This document shows positions 57,952-59,515 of a stretch of DNA of 59,515 nucleotides, one piece after another; within the stretch, counting starts at the first letter, position 1; every line of letters starts with the position of its first letter. The stretch comes from a virus. Taxonomy: Duplodnaviria > Caudoviricetes. The stretch lies in IMG/VR virus record IMGVR_UViG_3300022699_000433, positions 1 through 59,515 of that record. The stretch is one strand, 5' to 3'. Made by a program: the position numbers and the translations under genes. The notes beneath the pieces are model-generated. The model had not been told where the DNA came from and did not search any database. It worked only from the letters and a program-made list of their open reading frames with translations.

Positions 57952-59515
57952 ATGCCTCTGTTCAACACACTGGAGGAATTCGAAACAAGTCTCGGTGAAG
58001 GGATCCGGGAACTCCAAACAAAAGAAACACGGTTCCGGTCTACCGAGGAGTTTGAAAAGGCGTTGTACGGCGAGCATCCGCCTGCGGGTCTGCGCAATGC
58101 AGAAGAAAAGGCCGCCCTCGAACAGCGCGGCGTTCTCGGTGAAACTGTATCGGCACTGGGGGCAGGCCTCGTGGGTACCGCCGAGGCCGTCAGCGGCACC
58201 GCGGAGATGTTGCACGTCCCGGGAGCGGAAACCGCCCGCGAGTTTTGGCAAGAGTTGGGCGAACATGAAGCCTTACGAAGGCCGGAATATCTGGCAGAGG
58301 GTACGGTACTTGAGCACCCCGCACGCCTGATTGACTGGCGATGGTGGACCAGGAGCTTGGCGGAAAACGCACCGAACATGGCGGCTATGATGCTCCCCGG
58401 TTTAATGGTTATGAAAGGCGCCAAGCTGCTCGGATGGGGCACCCGGGCGATCAAAACCGCCGGTTTGGCAGGGGCTTGGTCCGGCGCCGCCACGGTGGAG
58501 GCGGGCTATGCCTACAGCCAGGCAAAGCGCGAGATGATGGAGCAGGGCTACAGTGAAGAGGACGCCGAGCGGACGGCATCAGCCGAGGGACTGGTAACCG
58601 GGGTGGTGAACGCCACGCTCGAGGTGCTGCCTTTTAAAGCGCTGTTCTTAAATAAAGTGGGTGCCCCCCGGATCTTAAAACGGATTATCCGCCAGGGATG
58701 GATCGAAGGATCCACGGAAACCGCACAGGAGGCGGTGAATATCTTTGTGGAGAAATTGGGCCACAAGCCGGATCAGGAGCTCTCGGACAATATCGGCAGG
58801 CTCATCGAATCCGGCCTGATCGGCGCGGCCCTGGGCGGCGGCGCCGCCCTCACCCTGGGTAAATACGCCGCCGAGGAAGAAGAGGAAGAAGCCAAGCCCC
58901 GAACAGAGATACGAGACGCATCCGGCATGCCCCACGCCGGCGACACGGTCATGGACATTGCCCAGGACGAATCACGCACCGAGGCGGTCGCCGAACGAAA
59001 CGAAGCCGACGAACAGGAGGCGATCAGAAAAAACGCCCGGGATCTCCTGAACAACATCATGGCCGAGGACGAAGCCGATCGGAGCCTGGAGGAGGCCCGG
59101 GCCGCTGAAGCAGAGACCCCGGACGTCGCAGCAGCCGAGCAGCCCGCACCGGGTCCGGAAGAAACGCCCTATACAGCCGAGTTCGCCCATTGGTGGGAAC
59201 CGGCTCCCGGCATGGAGCCGAAAGCCTTTTATAGCGTTACCGGCGGGAAATACGGCGAGAAGGCGAGCCACGTTTCGGCCCAAACGTTGAAAAAGCTCGG
59301 CGTCGAGATCCCCGAAACACCGCCTTCGCCGGAGACAGTTGCACCTGCGGAAAAAGAGCATGAAGCTTCGTTTGACGACATGGTGGACGAGGCCCGGCGC
59401 TGGAAGGGCGCGGCACGCAAGGCGGAGCGGGCTTACTCGGAAGCGGACAAAAAAGCCCGGCTGCGGCACTCGCGGATGACCACCAAGGGCGACCTCGACG
59501 CCTATTTGATGAAAC
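57952..59515 (+). CDS. large internal virion protein, truncated by the window end
   Basis: Starts MPLFNTLEEFETSLGE; Ala/Gly-rich; EGSTETAQE motif; no stop seen, so absent from the ORF track. Confidence 0.65.
   Translation, partial: MPLFNTLEEFETSLGEGIRELQTKETRFRSTEEFEKALYGEHPPAGLRNAEEKAALEQRGVLGETVSALGAGLVGTAEAVSGTAEMLHVPGAETAREFWQELGEHEALRRPEYLAEGTVLEHPARLIDWRWWTRSLAENAPNMAAMMLPGLMVMKGAKLLGWGTRAIKTAGLAGAWSGAATVEAGYAYSQAKREMMEQGYSEEDAERTASAEGLVTGVVNATLEVLPFKALFLNKVGAPRILKRIIRQGWIEGSTETAQEAVNIFVEKLGHKPDQELSDNIGRLIESGLIGAALGGGAALTLGKYAAEEEEEEAKPRTEIRDASGMPHAGDTVMDIAQDESRTEAVAERNEADEQEAIRKNARDLLNNIMAEDEADRSLEEARAAEAETPDVAAAEQPAPGPEETPYTAEFAHWWEPAPGMEPKAFYSVTGGKYGEKASHVSAQTLKKLGVEIPETPPSPETVAPAEKEHEASFDDMVDEARRWKGAARKAERAYSEADKKARLRHSRMTTKGDLDAYLMK

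Larger units (their letters stand above)
17532..59515. mobile_element. temperate podovirus-like prophage integrated at tRNA-Pro (right end outside window)
   Basis: att + integrase + repressor switch + replication + terminase/portal/capsid/tail modules. Confidence 0.92.

Noticed and set aside
1-59515. CRISPR array, diversity-generating retroelement, retron or group II intron
   Set aside because: No repeat-spacer periodicity and no reverse transcriptase motifs seen

Overview
The window has two parts that meet at a displaced 3' half of tRNA-Pro(CGG) at 17532-17580, an att site. Left part (1-17.5 kb): a complete type 1 BREX operon on the minus strand (brxA-brxB-brxC-pglX-[AlbA_2/Schlafen-like insert]-pglZ-brxL). 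Next to it are decay products of an older island (radC and integrase fragments) and a putative sigma-54-driven small RNA. Right part (17.5 kb to the end, incomplete): a temperate podovirus-like prophage with integrase, CI/Cro switch, early genes, split primase plus D5-like helicase with an adjacent origin, terminase, portal, scaffold, N4-gp56-like capsid, adaptors, tail and ejection-type proteins. Between its replication and packaging modules lies a ~12 kb AT-rich cargo block: serine recombinase, two HEPN-motif proteins, FRG protein, C5-MTase/Vsr/HNH module, GIY-YIG protein and an HNH protein. The most notable signal is that this cargo is built partly from a decayed integron. It shows an intI 5' remnant divergent from the array, an attI-like region, three intact attC sites and one truncated one, and two cassettes whose core sites are exactly complementary. 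All calls come from reading motifs by eye; no database searches were run. A Desulfobacterota-like (Deltaproteobacteria) host is only a tentative inference.
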